NCBI GenBank assembly: GCA_963693365.1
Contig: CAVNZM010000003.1
Coordinates: 7,993,312-8,057,311 of the forward strand
From: Amoebidium appalachense
Taxonomy: Eukaryota > Protista > Ichthyosporea
Length of the DNA: 64,000 nucleotides
Direction: 5' to 3'
Shown here piece by piece: positions 15,611 through 35,908 of the stretch. The position numbers and the translations under genes were made by a program. The stretch's first letter is position 1; every line of letters starts with the position of its first letter. A model generated the notes under the pieces. The model was given only the letters and a program-made list of their open reading frames with translations. It was not told the DNA's origin and did no database searches.

Positions 15611-17128
15611 GGGCCGCCGCCACGCCGGGCGCATTCAGAATACGCAGTCTCAGGTTTCCGTTACAGGGGCTGTAGCGTCTAAAAATATACATGTCGGCGG
15701 CAAAAACAAAAAACCAAAATAAAGTATTGAAATTGACTGTGTAATGTAGTTTGTATGCAAAAACTTATCACTGTATTGTATGAGTGCTCGCATCTATGGG
15801 AAAGGTGGGATTCTTATGATTGCCAAAGGAACGTCACTTTGCATTCCCTGCAGCATTTGTTTGTAAGTTAGCGTCATTTTGGCAACTATTCCCCAACCCA
15901 AATGACTCTATTAGAACCATTTACCGTTTTTTGGGCGTTTAAAATAATATAGGTATTAGTATAGTAAGGCTAATGATTGGAAAGTTGGTGAACCTGACCT
16001 CAAAAAGTTGGAGGAACTTTCGAGCTTTCTGCTTTCAGGCTTCCTACAATTTCACAGCTTGGCTGACGCATTTTTTCCATGCTCCAAAATTGCGTGGGCA
16101 GATGTTTCCTATGTAATGAGTAGGTCATTTTTTTTTTGCAACTCATATGTAGGCTTATTGATGGCGATATTGTGAAGGTTTTTTTATTAGTCTTCTAACG
16201 TTTAACGTTGGAGTCATTGCGGGGCTAATATGTAAACCAGTCTGCCGCTGTCCGGCGGCCCAGCGGCGGGCAGAGTGCTTTTTGGCGCCAAATTCCATAG
16301 TGTTGTCAATGATCCGTTGGCAACAGGGTGTGAACCTTTGCTTGTGCTATCTAACATCGTTTCCCCATGGGTCTGGATGGCGCCACCAACCGTTTTTATT
16401 AAAACTTTTATAGGTATGCTCTTATGCTCTACAAAAACTGCTTGTGTAAAATTAAGTGGGCCTAGCCACAGGAAGTTAAAGAATCTTTTGGGGCCTTTGA
16501 ATTTCACAGCCTGGAAAATGGTCATCAACTCAACTTGTAGAACATAGTGTTCCGGCAGCTGAAGTCACGTCTCTCCAGATCAAAAGGCTCCACTCGTGCG
16601 AAGAGCTATCATGTGTACTTCTTATGTGTGTGCATACAGTAACCTATTAAATCGAGGAAACTCTTTTTACAAGTGTTGCTTCACATCAGGCTCAACCCGG
16701 CCTTTTTTTTTATGGAGTGAGGAAGGCCACCTGGGGTGCAGCCGGTACCGACACCGTATGTACGCGTGACCCAGGGGTATAATCGCGTTCAGGCTGTACG
16801 TGTGCACCAAGGCCGTCAAATTTTTGCACATACTATGCTGTATTACGCACAGAACTTTTGTGGGTCCCTTTTGAACAGAAGATGCCACCTGATTTACTGT
16901 AGGTTTGAAGAAAAGAAAAAAAAAGGAAAAGACTTGAAGTAGAAGGGTGCAAATTATTTGGGTCTTGCGTCCGTTATTGCCACGTCATCACGAAAAATCC
17001 GGGGGCTGTCTGGCGCGAGTCACGGTCAATCAGTTTTTATTTGTCATTCAGTTGTGCAAGGTTTTGTTTATGAAAATCTTGTCAAAAAGCATCACTCTTT
17101 CATCTTCCTGCGCTATCATAAAGCAACC

Positions 17129-23788
<6,660 letters not shown>

Positions 23789-23994
23789 ACCACGTGATAG
23801 GATTTTCTGTTTTTTTACTTTTAACCAAGTTAGTATTAGTTCCATATCTTGTTGTTGCCGTTGTGTTATCTTGGGTTTTTCTTTTGCTTTGTTTTTTTTT
23901 TCCCCATCTATATGCCCTCATCAATATATCGTGTTTCATGAACTTTCTCCTCGGTTTTGGTTGGATGGGTGGGTGGGTGGTGACGGTTGGCGCG

Positions 23995-24030
<36 letters not shown>

Positions 24031-24058
24031 GAAGGACCTGTACATGTGACGGCTGTAT

Positions 24059-24091
<33 letters not shown>

Positions 24092-24624
24092 ACCCTCCCT
24101 CTCACCTCCCATCTCCCACCGACACTTACCCTCTCCCCTACCCCCTTCCCTCGTTTCTCGGCCGTATTTGCCTTTAATGTATGTGACCGGGCGGAGGAGG
24201 GGGTGGATGCAAGTGATTCCAATTGTATGTTTTTTATTTTTTCAAAGTTTTGCAACTGTTGTGTGGCAACATTCGAATGTTATGCTGGTGGAATATTGTA
24301 GTGCAGGTTGTGTGTGTGGACTAAAATGGCTTTCTCAACAATTTAATGGGCTGTTATTATTGGTCAGATCAGTTATTAAAATGGAGAGTACCTGAACCGA
24401 AAGATTTTCAACTGGTTTTGGCCCGTTAAGGTTATCAGAAAAATGAAATATTGACTGACTCAGAGATGTATGTTGAATCATTTTGCGAGGTTAGCAATGA
24501 TCCGATACCGTCGTGTAATTGCCACCAAACTATGCTTATGTGTAAAAAATAAATATTTTAATGTGTACCACGTGCAATTCATGCCTTTTCTGCTATGTGC
24601 ATTTTGCAAATGTTTTTGTGTGAT

Positions 24625-24700
<76 letters not shown>

Positions 24701-24854
24701 CAGGCGTGGGCACATGTGTGCGAGTCTCGCCGTTCATTGCCCTGTGTTTAGACGTGTACAGGTGTGCTGATTTGTCCATACGATACAGCTGCATGATGCT
24801 TGCATATTAGTATCAAGTATTAAAGTGTGTGTGTTTGTGTGTGTGTTTGTGTGC

Positions 24855-24910
<56 letters not shown>

Positions 24911-26790
24911 GGTGTGTGTGTGTGTGTGTGTGCCGCGGGTGTGTGTGTGTGTGTGTGTATGCACGTGCGTGTTCATGTAAGACGGATCATGATCATGATC
25001 ATCAGTTTGATTGTGTGTGTGATTATTTTTTTAAAAAAGAAAACAAGACTGCAACATGTGCCGGTGTATCTATGGCCAACAAAGGTCATTCCGTGTGCAT
25101 GTGCTCATCTTCATGGCGTACGCGTGTGTGTTTATTTGTGTGTTTGTGTTTGTGTCTGTGGGTGTGTGTGTGTTGGGGAAGGGGGCCAGGGCAGTGGTGT
25201 GGGTGGGTGGGTGCACATTGGAGAGAGGAAGGGAAGGAGGGGAGGGAGGGGGGGGGGGGGGGGGGGGGGAGGGGCGGGCGGGCTGGGGGGGGAGACGGGT
25301 TGTATCATGTACGTGGATATAAATGACATGACCTTAGCCATGGCTATGACACGTACATGTGGTGTGGTGACATGAGCCAGTGCGGTGGTGGTGAGGGGAG
25401 GTTGGGGGGGGGGGGGGGGGGGGGGGGTACTCAAAACGGTTAGCGTTCGGTCTATTATTTAAGCGAGTGCACGTGGGCAGGTGACAAAAATGCATACATA
25501 CACATGGGCTCGAAACGACATGTGATTCTTTGGTCGTCTGTTTACGTTTGTGCTATCGAAAGTTGCAAATCAGAGACACCAGTATAATATATTGGTACAT
25601 GTAGGGTACGCACTGCGCATGGACTATGCACATATTTAGTAACACCCGTACTTTTAAATTTTCACGACGGGCCCACGCTTATAGCCTAGACCATGAACAG
25701 GCACCCTACGTCCTTGTTCACATTAGGGTCAGAACGATGTCTTGACTTGACTACAGTTAAATATTTATATACATGTTCTTTGCTGGACAGAAATGATAAA
25801 TTGCTCAGGGGATAGCAATTAACCACAGCGACACTCCATGTGGGTGGACATACAGAGATGGCATATTGAACATGTATTCATGAGCATATACACCAACTTG
25901 CTATGAATAAATTATGACACGGTGGCACAGCGCGTCGAAAGGTCTACGAATATTCTACGAATATTCCACGAATATTCTACGAAGGGCACACGCCTACAGC
26001 CTTAATTAACACAACGAACATCACCCAGATTCATTAACAAGTCAGCTATGCTACCCCTGGATGGCATTACCACAAATATTTGCTTCACATGCAAATAGCG
26101 GTAATGTTTTGTGCAAGAAAAACAGAGACCAAAACACAACCGAACTGATCAACACCCCATGGGGCTGGTACCCACCACTAGGCAGCGGCACTGATTTCGA
26201 ATAAGACCATAAATATAAAGGTTCAAAACGCTTGCAAACACTTTTCCCAGCATCGGTACCAAAAATGAGCGGGAAAATGTACCACTTGAAGGCAAAAACA
26301 GACAGAAAACACGTGAGAAATGCGTATTGGAGTGCCACCAAAATGATGTTGGTGCCACACACTAGGCACACACGCTTACACAACACAATATGGGCGACGG
26401 ATGTACCTCAATTTATTACGTCTCTTTAAATCTCTGAAAAGTGTGAAACCTCTACTACGCTGCTTTATATCTCTACGAGAACTCACAACTCTTGTTATGG
26501 TTCGAATACTAACGACATATAACCATTAAACGCTTAGTAGTACATCCAATTGCAAACACCTGTGCAAAAAGAGTAATACATGTACTAGTGGCACGAAAAG
26601 ACGCTTTATCCTACGAGGGTACTTCATTTGGCGCTGTTGGTTAAACCGCAGTTATGCCATACACAGCCTATGTCATGATTTACGTGAAAAAATTGGGATA
26701 GTTACTATGCAAGCAACTGGTAACTTACACAACGCATGTTTCGGTAACTCGGTTTGATAATGGTGAGCGATTTTCACGGAGTTCAAACAT

Positions 26791-26824
<34 letters not shown>

Positions 26825-26870
26825 ACCACCAACACACTCTCTTTCTAAAACAAAACAAAACAAAACAAAA

Positions 26871-26905
<35 letters not shown>

Positions 26906-27111
26906 CCACACAACTTAGTATACTCTTTACTTTTAAATTGTAATTCTAGACTGCACGTTTCAATCACCCCCTCGTTAAAGCTAAGTTTAGTATTTAACCA
27001 CAATACAAAGAGACGCCTATGTACACTAAGACACTAAAAAAAAAAAAAGCACTCTAAACGTGTTCCATTCAATCGATCGTGCACCAGCATTTGAAGGCCT
27101 TGTTATAAAAC

Positions 27112-28645
27112 TTAATGTTTTCTTAACGCCACGCCCGCCAACATCTGCTGTTTGATAACTTCCGCTTTTTTGTCTGTACACAAATCCTCCTTTGGCAAGC
27201 CGCTGCTCCACAAAACACTACTCAAATCATCTACCAAAATCAGATTCCCATCAGGGCCTAACATGGCTTTTGTTCCCTTCTGGTCGCCGCTAGCAGACCA
27301 CATCCCATCGTACAGAGGCTTCGCCGGCGACCACATCTGCAAATTCCCGTTGTGGATGCGAAGTTGCAGCCCGTCGTTTTCTGTTGCCCACGGCCACAGA
27401 TTTGCTGTTTTGGTCTGCCACACGACGCGTCCAGTCGAGTCAGTGATGACCATGTTTTGGTCTTTTTGGATGGTGATCGTAAGCTTGCACGGGCCCTCCA
27501 AAGTCTCGCCCATTTTCAGTGGCTTATCAGCGGTTATGGGTCCGGCTGCAGGATGAGATGTTTGTATTAGTGATCGCCCTCTCTCCTGCTCCTTTTTCTA
27601 TGTCTGTTTGTAGCCTTTTTTCTTCTTTTTTATCCCTCCACTATTTTTTGGGCTGCTTGTGTCGACCTTACCCACGACATTGGTGATTAGAACTGCTAGA
27701 CAACCCCAACATGCACCGGTGAGGCAAGGAAAAAATAAATAAATAAACCTAAGCCGCATCAATAACGTTGCACACACACGCACATGCACCAAGCAAGCAT
27801 GGAACATCACACTCACCCTTTGGGAATTGCTGCAGGTGTGTGCTCAGGTCAACGGTCGACATCGATCGTGTAACGCCCTGGGCCGGTGCCTCCGTGCTAC
27901 CAATCTTCTTGATTGCCGCCTCGACTCTACCTTTTCCCTTTCCTGGTACACCTTGTGCAGGCAACGCAGCCGAAATGGGTAATGTTGACCCCATGTTCCC
28001 GCCAAGATTACTAACAGGGAGGGCCGCGCTGGGGGACCCTTGGAAGGCTGGTGCGTTAAAGGAGCCTGGCATATTCTCCACAGTTCCATCACTGTTGAAC
28101 GAAGATACAACACCACCATAAGCAGTTGGGTCGTAGTTTATCACCCCTCCCTGGTTAGAGCCAGCGCTGGGGTCGCTGCCTGAAGCATAGAGTCCAGCAT
28201 TGGGATCAGTTGTGGTTTGGCCGATGTTTCCCGTTGTTTGGTCCCCTGCTCCAGGATTACTGGCATTTGGGTCGTTATTATTTGGAATACTGTTACCAAT
28301 TGGATCGTTTCCACTGTTATTGTTGTTGTTACCATTTGAATCGTTTCCAACATTATTATTGTTATTATTGCTATTCTGTGCATTGTTATACGGGTCGTTT
28401 GTCGCATCGAGAATAGCTTGTATCTCCGCTACTTCGAGCACTTTGTTGTTGTTTGTGTCATATCCGCTATCGATTAGAAGCTGTTTTTCTTCTGGTGTGA
28501 GCGCATCAAGAATTTCCTGTGCAGTTGGAAGGCCATTATCCTGACGACGAACATGAGTGCGTGGTTGTGTGGATGCACTTGCAGCTGCCTGTATGGCAAA
28601 AAGTGCTCCAAGCACACAAGGAAGCAAGACGCCTTTACGAAGCAT
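27112..28645 (-). CDS. Secreted protein with an Asn/Gly-rich low-complexity region and a C-terminal bulb-type (B-/GNA-like) lectin domain
   Basis: Signal peptide MLRKGVLLPCVLGALFAIQAAASA. Exon 28645-27817 ends at a GTGAGT donor; exon 27545-27112 has a CACTAAT branch site and CTGCAG acceptor. Motifs IQKDQNMVITDSTGRVVWQT, HNGNLQM and LGPDGNLILVDDLSSVLWSS. Confidence 0.8.
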
Positions 28646-31555
28646 ATTGCCGTTGTATATTTTCACATAAAGGATGAAGGCTGTGTTTTACTAATATAAA
28701 AAAATTAAAGAGAAAAAGTTGCTCACTGTCTAATATTCGCTACGTCGTACGTTTAGGTTTCTGCATATACTTGCAGTAGTGAGTGACTATTGTGTTTTCA
28801 TTACGGATGTCAAAGATGGTCTCAGTTGAACAGGTGCATGTTACCAACGTAGTATGCTCCACGGTTATTATTTATCCTACTTACGAGTGAGCGAAGGTAA
28901 TGATGCCCCACCTACGTGCATGCGAGTGACGGTGAACCTCTCACATGCGTGGGCAAAAAGGCTTATCAACAAAGCATGGGGTGCATGCATGAAGTGATTC
29001 CTGATGCCTACGACTCTCAACTCTAGGCTACGAGACGGAGCGGGAAGTTCCCCCCGGCCTGTGAATGGATTGTGGTATGCTATGGAATGCGGCGCACACA
29101 GCAGCGGAACAGCACATGAGCTTAAACGGAAAAGACGTTAGAGCGATAGTGAAGTTGAAAAAATAATATTGATATGTAATATAATATTTATATTACGATT
29201 GGTTTTAAAGATTCTTCCTTTTTAAAGATATACATATGGGGTTTATTTTGGACTTGCAGGATATGCATCCTATTCATAGCCTCAAAGGGCCAGTTATCAC
29301 GATAAACAACATCGATGTTGATTGGCTGATAGAGTGCTGCTCAATCCCCCGACACCTTCAAGCTCAAGTAAGACCCATTTTCGAGACGCAGATGACTTCG
29401 AGGAATTATAGGGTCCAAATTGATTATTCCAGTACTGGACCTAGTTATCTCCATTACAAAAGTCTAAAACAAAACAAATATCCTTTTTTTTATCATATAT
29501 GTGGCTAACATTCATATGTAGATTGTGAGTTGGGTGTGCGGCGCTTGAAATGCTAATCAAACACCAGGCAAAAAATTCAGATCTAGAAATATTAATCATG
29601 TATTTGCAAAGAAAATCAAAACATGTTGCCTCTAATGACTATGGTGTTTAATCCCGATTACTTGTTATATCTTTTGGTACGTATTCTCTACGAGACTACT
29701 CTACATTGGAGTGAATCAAAAATCGTACAGAATCTCTTAAGCACAGCTATAAACTTTATTCGTTAAAAAAAAAATTGCGACTGCAGAAGTTATCCCCCAA
29801 AACGCAGCCCGCGGAGTGTAGGGTGAATAGGACATCGGATTCCGCCAGGAATTATTTATGATCATTGTGACCCTGGTATGACTCATGAGTCAATTGTCAC
29901 ATATATCAGTGTAACATGCCCAAGTATAGTACTGCTGCCCAAACTATAATGTTCTTTCTTATATTGCTAAGCTGAAATGGTTAAAAAAAAAACATGAAAA
30001 TTATTGTGTTAACAGAATCCCGGTAACCAAGCACCAACCACCGTCATACTCATGGGTGAGGTATTTTGCCATCTCGCAGGCGTTTTAACCTTGAGCCCAA
30101 TGACGCAGCATATTGCTATCGGTAATGCACACAAGTGATCAGATCCCAATCAGATAACTACAGTGCGCATACCAGCACAATAGCTACACTGAGAGGGATA
30201 TAAAACACCAATCATATCGCAATGCGGCACAGAGGGAGTGGCAAAGTTTGCCGGAGCCTCCTGGCAGCCCGCCGGCGGAGGCTCGAGTCGTTTCAAGCCT
30301 GATGACGCCCCGATGACGCCTGGCACCTCGATTTTCTTACCTATTCATAGTAATGAAGGATTGGCTAGAATTCAATGTCCCGACAGCCTGCCCGGCGTTA
30401 AATCCTGAGATAGACCTGCTTGTGATTGGATCTGCGGTTATGACGTATGACATGGGCCCCATGGCCCCCATGGGGTTCACACAAAGAACGTTCAATGATT
30501 AGACAACCGCTACAAAACTTATAAACACTAATATAATTAGTGCACGACGTCAAAAGCTTAGAAGTTTTATATAAAATATTGATATATGAACAGGTGACAT
30601 ATTATGTATTTTTTAGCCACAAATGAATCAACATCACCAGCAAGCCAGAAACATGCTTTTGCTTTTCTATTGGCGAAATATCATGCATGTGGCATAAAGT
30701 TATGCAGAGGAGTGTAAGCCGAATAGACCGGACCTTGGTTCAGCTTTATGATTGTTTAGCTCATAAAAAGCTTTGATACCGCATAAAATCTTTAATTGTG
30801 AGGCACTTCACAACCCGAACGAGTGCTTGAGCATTTTTTCCCTGGGAGAGGAGGCATACAGGCTCCCACAATCGAGAGAAATGGTGTGTCACAGCAATTT
30901 CCAAATCACCTCTTAAACCCTAAATCGACCTATGCTATTGGGCGCGAGCGCACCACCGAATGTGCCGACCGGGTCCCGCCACCAAGGCCTCCTAAATAGC
31001 ACACCGGGCCGAGGCACGCAATAGACTAATACTCCAGATTACGTGTAAAGAGTAGGGTGATCGAAAACTGAAATCTTACGTGCCCCTCCGGGGTCTCCTA
31101 CATCAGACTAATTTTAGTGCAAAACTTGTGCAAACATTACGCTAAACTACCAGACGCAATCATCACTGCCTATAACTGCCTAAGTCTCACACAACGCACC
31201 CAGTGCGTCGTCGTTCAAAAACGAGAAAACGTCGAAGTCCTCCTCCTCGAGCACAGCCTCCACGTCGTCGCTGGCGCTGGGGCCGTGTGGTCCGGGCGTG
31301 CGCCGCCAATAAACCGGTTGATGCACCCTCGTATTTCTTGGTTTGCCGGTTTGGCTTGTTGGTTGGTGTTTTCTTTTTCGCGTTGCGTTCCTTGGTGTAG
31401 TTGTTGAGCAAAATGTTGGTCATTCTCATGGCGATGCCGTCGAGGTACTGCGCCGTGTCCTCCTCGCACTCCTCACAAGTAATGCCTCGAATTGTCTCTG
31501 TCTCCGGCCGGCTCTTGGCGTGCTGAACCGCGAGCGTGCGAACCAGCAGGCGGTG

Positions 31556-32036
31556 TGTAAACAACTGTACACATGAACTGTACATGTTTACTAAAGAATG
31601 TGATCTACTAGCACACGATTCGTGCTTTGTAATGAATATCACATAAATATTATGTCCGCACCAATAGGACTCACTCTGACCTAAGAATTGAACCATATAT
31701 GGTTCTTCCGCTGCATACCACATAAACGAAGTGAACCAATAAGAGGTTTGCATAAATAGGACAAAGGTCTGACTGGCTCGGACCGCACCAGAATCACGAA
31801 TGGCATGTTGCCACCCGCGCTGGCCGCGGATGAACCAATCCTGGGCCTTGATCCGAAACCTGGGGGCTATATAAGAAAGCCGTCCCAGTACGGGGATCAC
31901 ATCAGTGAAGTCTTGAGACAGACTGAGTCGGCCCATAGTAAAAGCAACCTGGTCGCGTGTGCCTTTCTACCCGTTCTCTGTCTTTATTTTGATTCAGTTG
32001 TACTCTGCCTTATCCTAACTAGTCCAACTGTTTACA
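31556..32036 (+). repeat. 5' LTR
   Basis: Near-identical to 35909-36389 (two C/T differences noticed by eye); TATATAAG box at ~31868. Confidence 0.95.
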
Positions 32037-32037
32037 T

Positions 32038-32055
32038 TGGCGACCGCGGCAGGAC
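32038..32055 (+). promoter_or_regulatory. Primer-binding site, tRNA-Arg type
   Basis: TGGCGACCGCGGCAGGAC lies 1 nt after the LTR. It is complementary to ...GUCCUGCCGCGGUCG-CCA, which I recall as the 3' end of eukaryotic tRNA-Arg(UCG/CCG). Confidence 0.8.
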
Positions 32056-33294
32056 ACTGTTTTACATTGCCAACTGTTTACATTGGCGACCGCGCAGTTC
32101 AAGAATCTCGCATCCTTCGAATCTCACATCTTTCAATCAGTTCAAGAATCTCACATCTTTCAATCAGCTCAAGAATCTCCCATGGCCGATCACAATCCTT
32201 TTTACCCCGATGATAGGCACATCTTTCCTTGTCCGGCTTAGAATATATACACCGACAAGTTTGAAGTGGCCAGCCCACCTACACGGAAAGAATTGAAAGC
32301 ATGTAAAACTTCTTTTGCTACGACACATCAAAAATGTGAAGAAAAACGAATACACAACGAAACAACGAATACACGAACAAACGAATAAAGAATTGCTAAC
32401 GAAGCAATGAACCAACGAAAAACGAACTATCACGAATACGCAATGAAATAAAGAATTAACGACAAGCGAATGCATAAAGGAAATACGAAATGAATGCAAC
32501 ACAAAACAAAACAAAGTAACGAAGTTATCAAACGACAAAAAACGAAAAACGAAAGCAAAATGAAATGGAAATACGAAAATGAAAGAACGAATGCACAACA
32601 CTGCTTGGGTTGCAATGCACACAGCCCCCTCTATGTTACGAAGAAAAGAAAACCGTTGCCCTTGCGTGCATTGCGCTATTGCACACTGTCATCGTGTCCA
32701 TGCCACCGCATGCACGTCCACACTCGCAAGCCAGATGCACGGCCACTTTCAGCACGAATGCATTTAAAGAAGAAGATAGTCGCTGTTCCTATAGCATTGA
32801 GGACATAAGATCTTATGAAAGTAGTGTTGCATGCATGCTTCGAATCCCTTGCTGTTGTCGAATACACCATGCCCCATAGTTTAGCGCACAGGATGCACAA
32901 CATGCGCATGAATGTATGCTGGCATGCCTAAACACATTACGAACATATGCCTCATGTATGGCCCTTCCTGGTGCCATGCCCAAACGAATTTGCACTCTTG
33001 GTGCACAGAAGGCATGTTGTTAATAAAGTCGATGCAGAACTTTTGTTCGTGCATGTGAAAGACAAACGAAGGTGTGGGGTACGAATTTAATGGTACTTGC
33101 CAGTCTGTGGCAATACTGTAACATACGAATTACACTGTCAAGCCTTGCACTAGCTGCCGGCACACCCCCACCAGAACAAAAGAATGTGGTATGGGCACCG
33201 TTCCCTCACAACCCCAGCATACAGTGTCAGTATTTTGGCTGGAAGCCTTTCAGTTTCGAATTACGAATACCCTCCTTCACTACTGAAGAAAGTG

Positions 33295-34423
33295 AGTAGA
33301 GTCCGCTGTGACTAGGGTCGTCGTGGCGCGCTTGGGCGCTGACCCGTTTTTTACTGCTTTCAGTGTGTTAACTCCATGACTGAACTCCATGACTGAACTC
33401 CATGACTGAACTCCATGACTGAACTCCATGTCTGCACCTGGCAGAGACGTGGTTTATATACCCGTGGGGCAGCAGTCTGGAATGTAATCCGGATGCCAGG
33501 CGCTAATCGGATTGGTTACTTTTATTTAGAGATCTCTGGGACCAGTGAACCAATCGTTTGCAGTCAAAACACAATTGGCAACATTCCTCAACTATGCAGA
33601 TGTGCATGTGGTGATCGAGTGTCAGTGTGTGTCTGTGTACACGGAACCAATTGTAAAGCTAACATACACATATTGTGGAGTGAGCGTAAGTCTGCACTCC
33701 AACACCCCTACCCAATTGGAGAAGTGTACACACCACTAGAGAAGAGAGAGTGAGTGTGGCTACTTGCAGGGTAGACCGGGGTGTGCATTCCACTGTGGTG
33801 CTTGCCCCGCCAATGAAGTGGAATACTTGACGTTGATGTCGCAGGCTGCTGCGGATGGAGTTTGTGGAAGCGAAAGTCTCTACTTCACGGAAATACGCTC
33901 GCGGGTGTAGGGTACAGCCTAGAAGTCGGGTTCTGGCTCCTCCGTTCAAGGCGTCGTAGGGGACGTGAAGTTAGAGGCCGCGGTGTCGTGTCTGGGCCCA
34001 TAACCCTGTTGGAAGTAGAGTCCGCTGTGACTAGGGTCGTCGTGGCGCGCTTGGGCGCTGACCCGTTTTTTACTGCTTTCAGTGTGTTAACTCCATGACT
34101 GAACTCCATGACTGAACTCCATGACTGAACTCCATGACTGAACTCCATGTCTGCACCTGGCAGAGACGTGGTTTATATACCCGTGGGGCAGCAGTCTGGA
34201 ATGTAATCCGGATGCCAGGCGCTAATCGGATTGGTTACTTTTATTTAGAGATCTCTGGGACCAGTGAACCAATCGTTTGCAGTCAAAACACAATTGGCAA
34301 CATTCCTCAACTATGCAGATGTGCATGTGGTGATCGAGTGTCAGTGTGTGTCTGTGTACACGGAACCAATTGTAAAGCTAACATACACATATTGTGGAGT
34401 GAGCGTAAGTCTGCACTCCAACA
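33295..34423. repeat. Inserted 719-bp-period sequence (410-bp direct repeats) with an internal 13-bp minisatellite, bracketed by 116-bp duplications
   Basis: 33295-33704 = 34014-34423; (AACTCCATGACTG)x~4.7 in each copy; flanks 33180-33295 = 34423-34538. Confidence 0.9.
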
Positions 34424-35898
34424 AGAATGTGGTATGGGCACCGTTCCCTCACAACCCCAGCATACAGTGTCAGTATTTTGGCTGGAAGCCTTTCAGTTTC
34501 GAATTACGAATACCCTCCTTCACTACTGAAGAAAGTGACGTGGAAGACGAATACGAATACGAATGCAAGGTGTTGTTGACTAACACATCGGACCATCATG
34601 TGTATTTAGGCTTTGGTACGGAGATGACCATGTTATTCCCTTGCAATATGATGACACTGTAACAATTTAGCACGTGCATACCCCACCAATGGGCACATGC
34701 GGGAGACAACCCCACAAGCTGCCTTATTGGGCACCTCTGCTAAAACGAATATTCTTCTCACGAAGGAACAGAAGAATGCCACGAACACGAACCACACACT
34801 CACCAGGCAGCTACTTACATCTAATGTATGTAAGAAGTAGGGTGTGTGAACGGGGTAACTACATGAACACCAACACGAAAGCAAGCACAGCACAAAGCAG
34901 TTCCACGAATACGAATGGTTTTGGTATTCCACACAACGAACAGAACCTACAGTAGGGCCACCTACAAATGAAGCAGAGGATGGGGCACCATCCAGACCTG
35001 CACTGGAGGATATGAAGATACGAAGCGCGCTCACGAAGTTGCTTACAAAAGAAAGGGCGACTCTGACGACTTTTCTTTTTAGGCCAAGCCTCCAGAAGAA
35101 TGTATTATGCCTGGAATCCCCCTGCTCAACGAAAAATGGCTGGCAAATGGGATACGAAAACTGCTCACGAATGGAAGCATGTGTTTTCTGAAGAAGGTTT
35201 GCTTTGCCTACCCTCTTCTTATGAATTATGAACCGGGTTTTTACTGGTTCGAATTCTGACGGGCTGATATATTTCTTTATGTCGCCCAACGAAGAACACT
35301 TGGGGCATTTTTATTCATGTTTTTCCCAGCTCCGATGATGCAGGGTTAAAGCTGAAAGGAAAGAAGTGCTATTTGTTCATGAAAGAAGTGGCTTTTCTGG
35401 CCATGGCGACTCGCCTTACAGTCTTAAGGTAGAACCGGGATAAGGAGCAGCGGCTAAGCCTTGAAGCTATCCACCACTACCTGAGCTACGAAGTGACCTA
35501 AGCCTTGAGTTATATTCATTATCGAATGTTTGGTATGATCATTCATCCACACAACCAAATTACTCGCAATTGAAAACGAATCTGCGGGAGTATCCTAAAA
35601 AGGAAAAATTCCCAAAAGAAAAATACTACTTCTACAGAAAAGCCAAGCACAGAGACGAAGCGAACAATTCGCACACACTCTGCAACAATCTTCGCCACGA
35701 AAATGAAATCACAGAAGAATGCTGCATGAATTTACGTTTTGGCAAATGAAGAAGTGCTCATAGACGTGCACAACTCTATTCAACCGTCCTTGCTCTGTTC
35801 TGCCCAGCAGGTCGGCGCACAAGAATTCTCGCTGAAGGTTGTTTATCGCCTCTCAGCCTGGTGGTTTGCTTGTCTAACGACACCACCAGGCTCCCGAC

Positions 35899-35908
35899 AA
35901 GGGGGGAG
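35899..35908 (+). promoter_or_regulatory. Polypurine tract
   Basis: AAGGGGGGAG immediately before the 3' LTR. Confidence 0.85.

Noticed and set aside
15850-16890. Fragmented protein-like ORFs and an imperfect palindrome at 16440-16510
   Set aside because: No recognisable domain and many stops; cannot be assigned.
26051-26429. Hydrophobic 111-aa ORF
   Set aside because: No recognisable motif or convincing start or splice signals.
27598-27600. In-frame TAG in the lectin gene, suggesting readthrough or a recoded stop
   Set aside because: It lies inside a canonical GT-AG intron with a branch site; splicing removes it.
30297-30320. CTGATGA hammerhead-like core
   Set aside because: No same-strand GAAA with compatible stems.
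33369-33432. 13-bp repeats, and other short tandem arrays, as possible CRISPR
   Set aside because: Contiguous units with no spacers, no cas genes, and a eukaryotic context.
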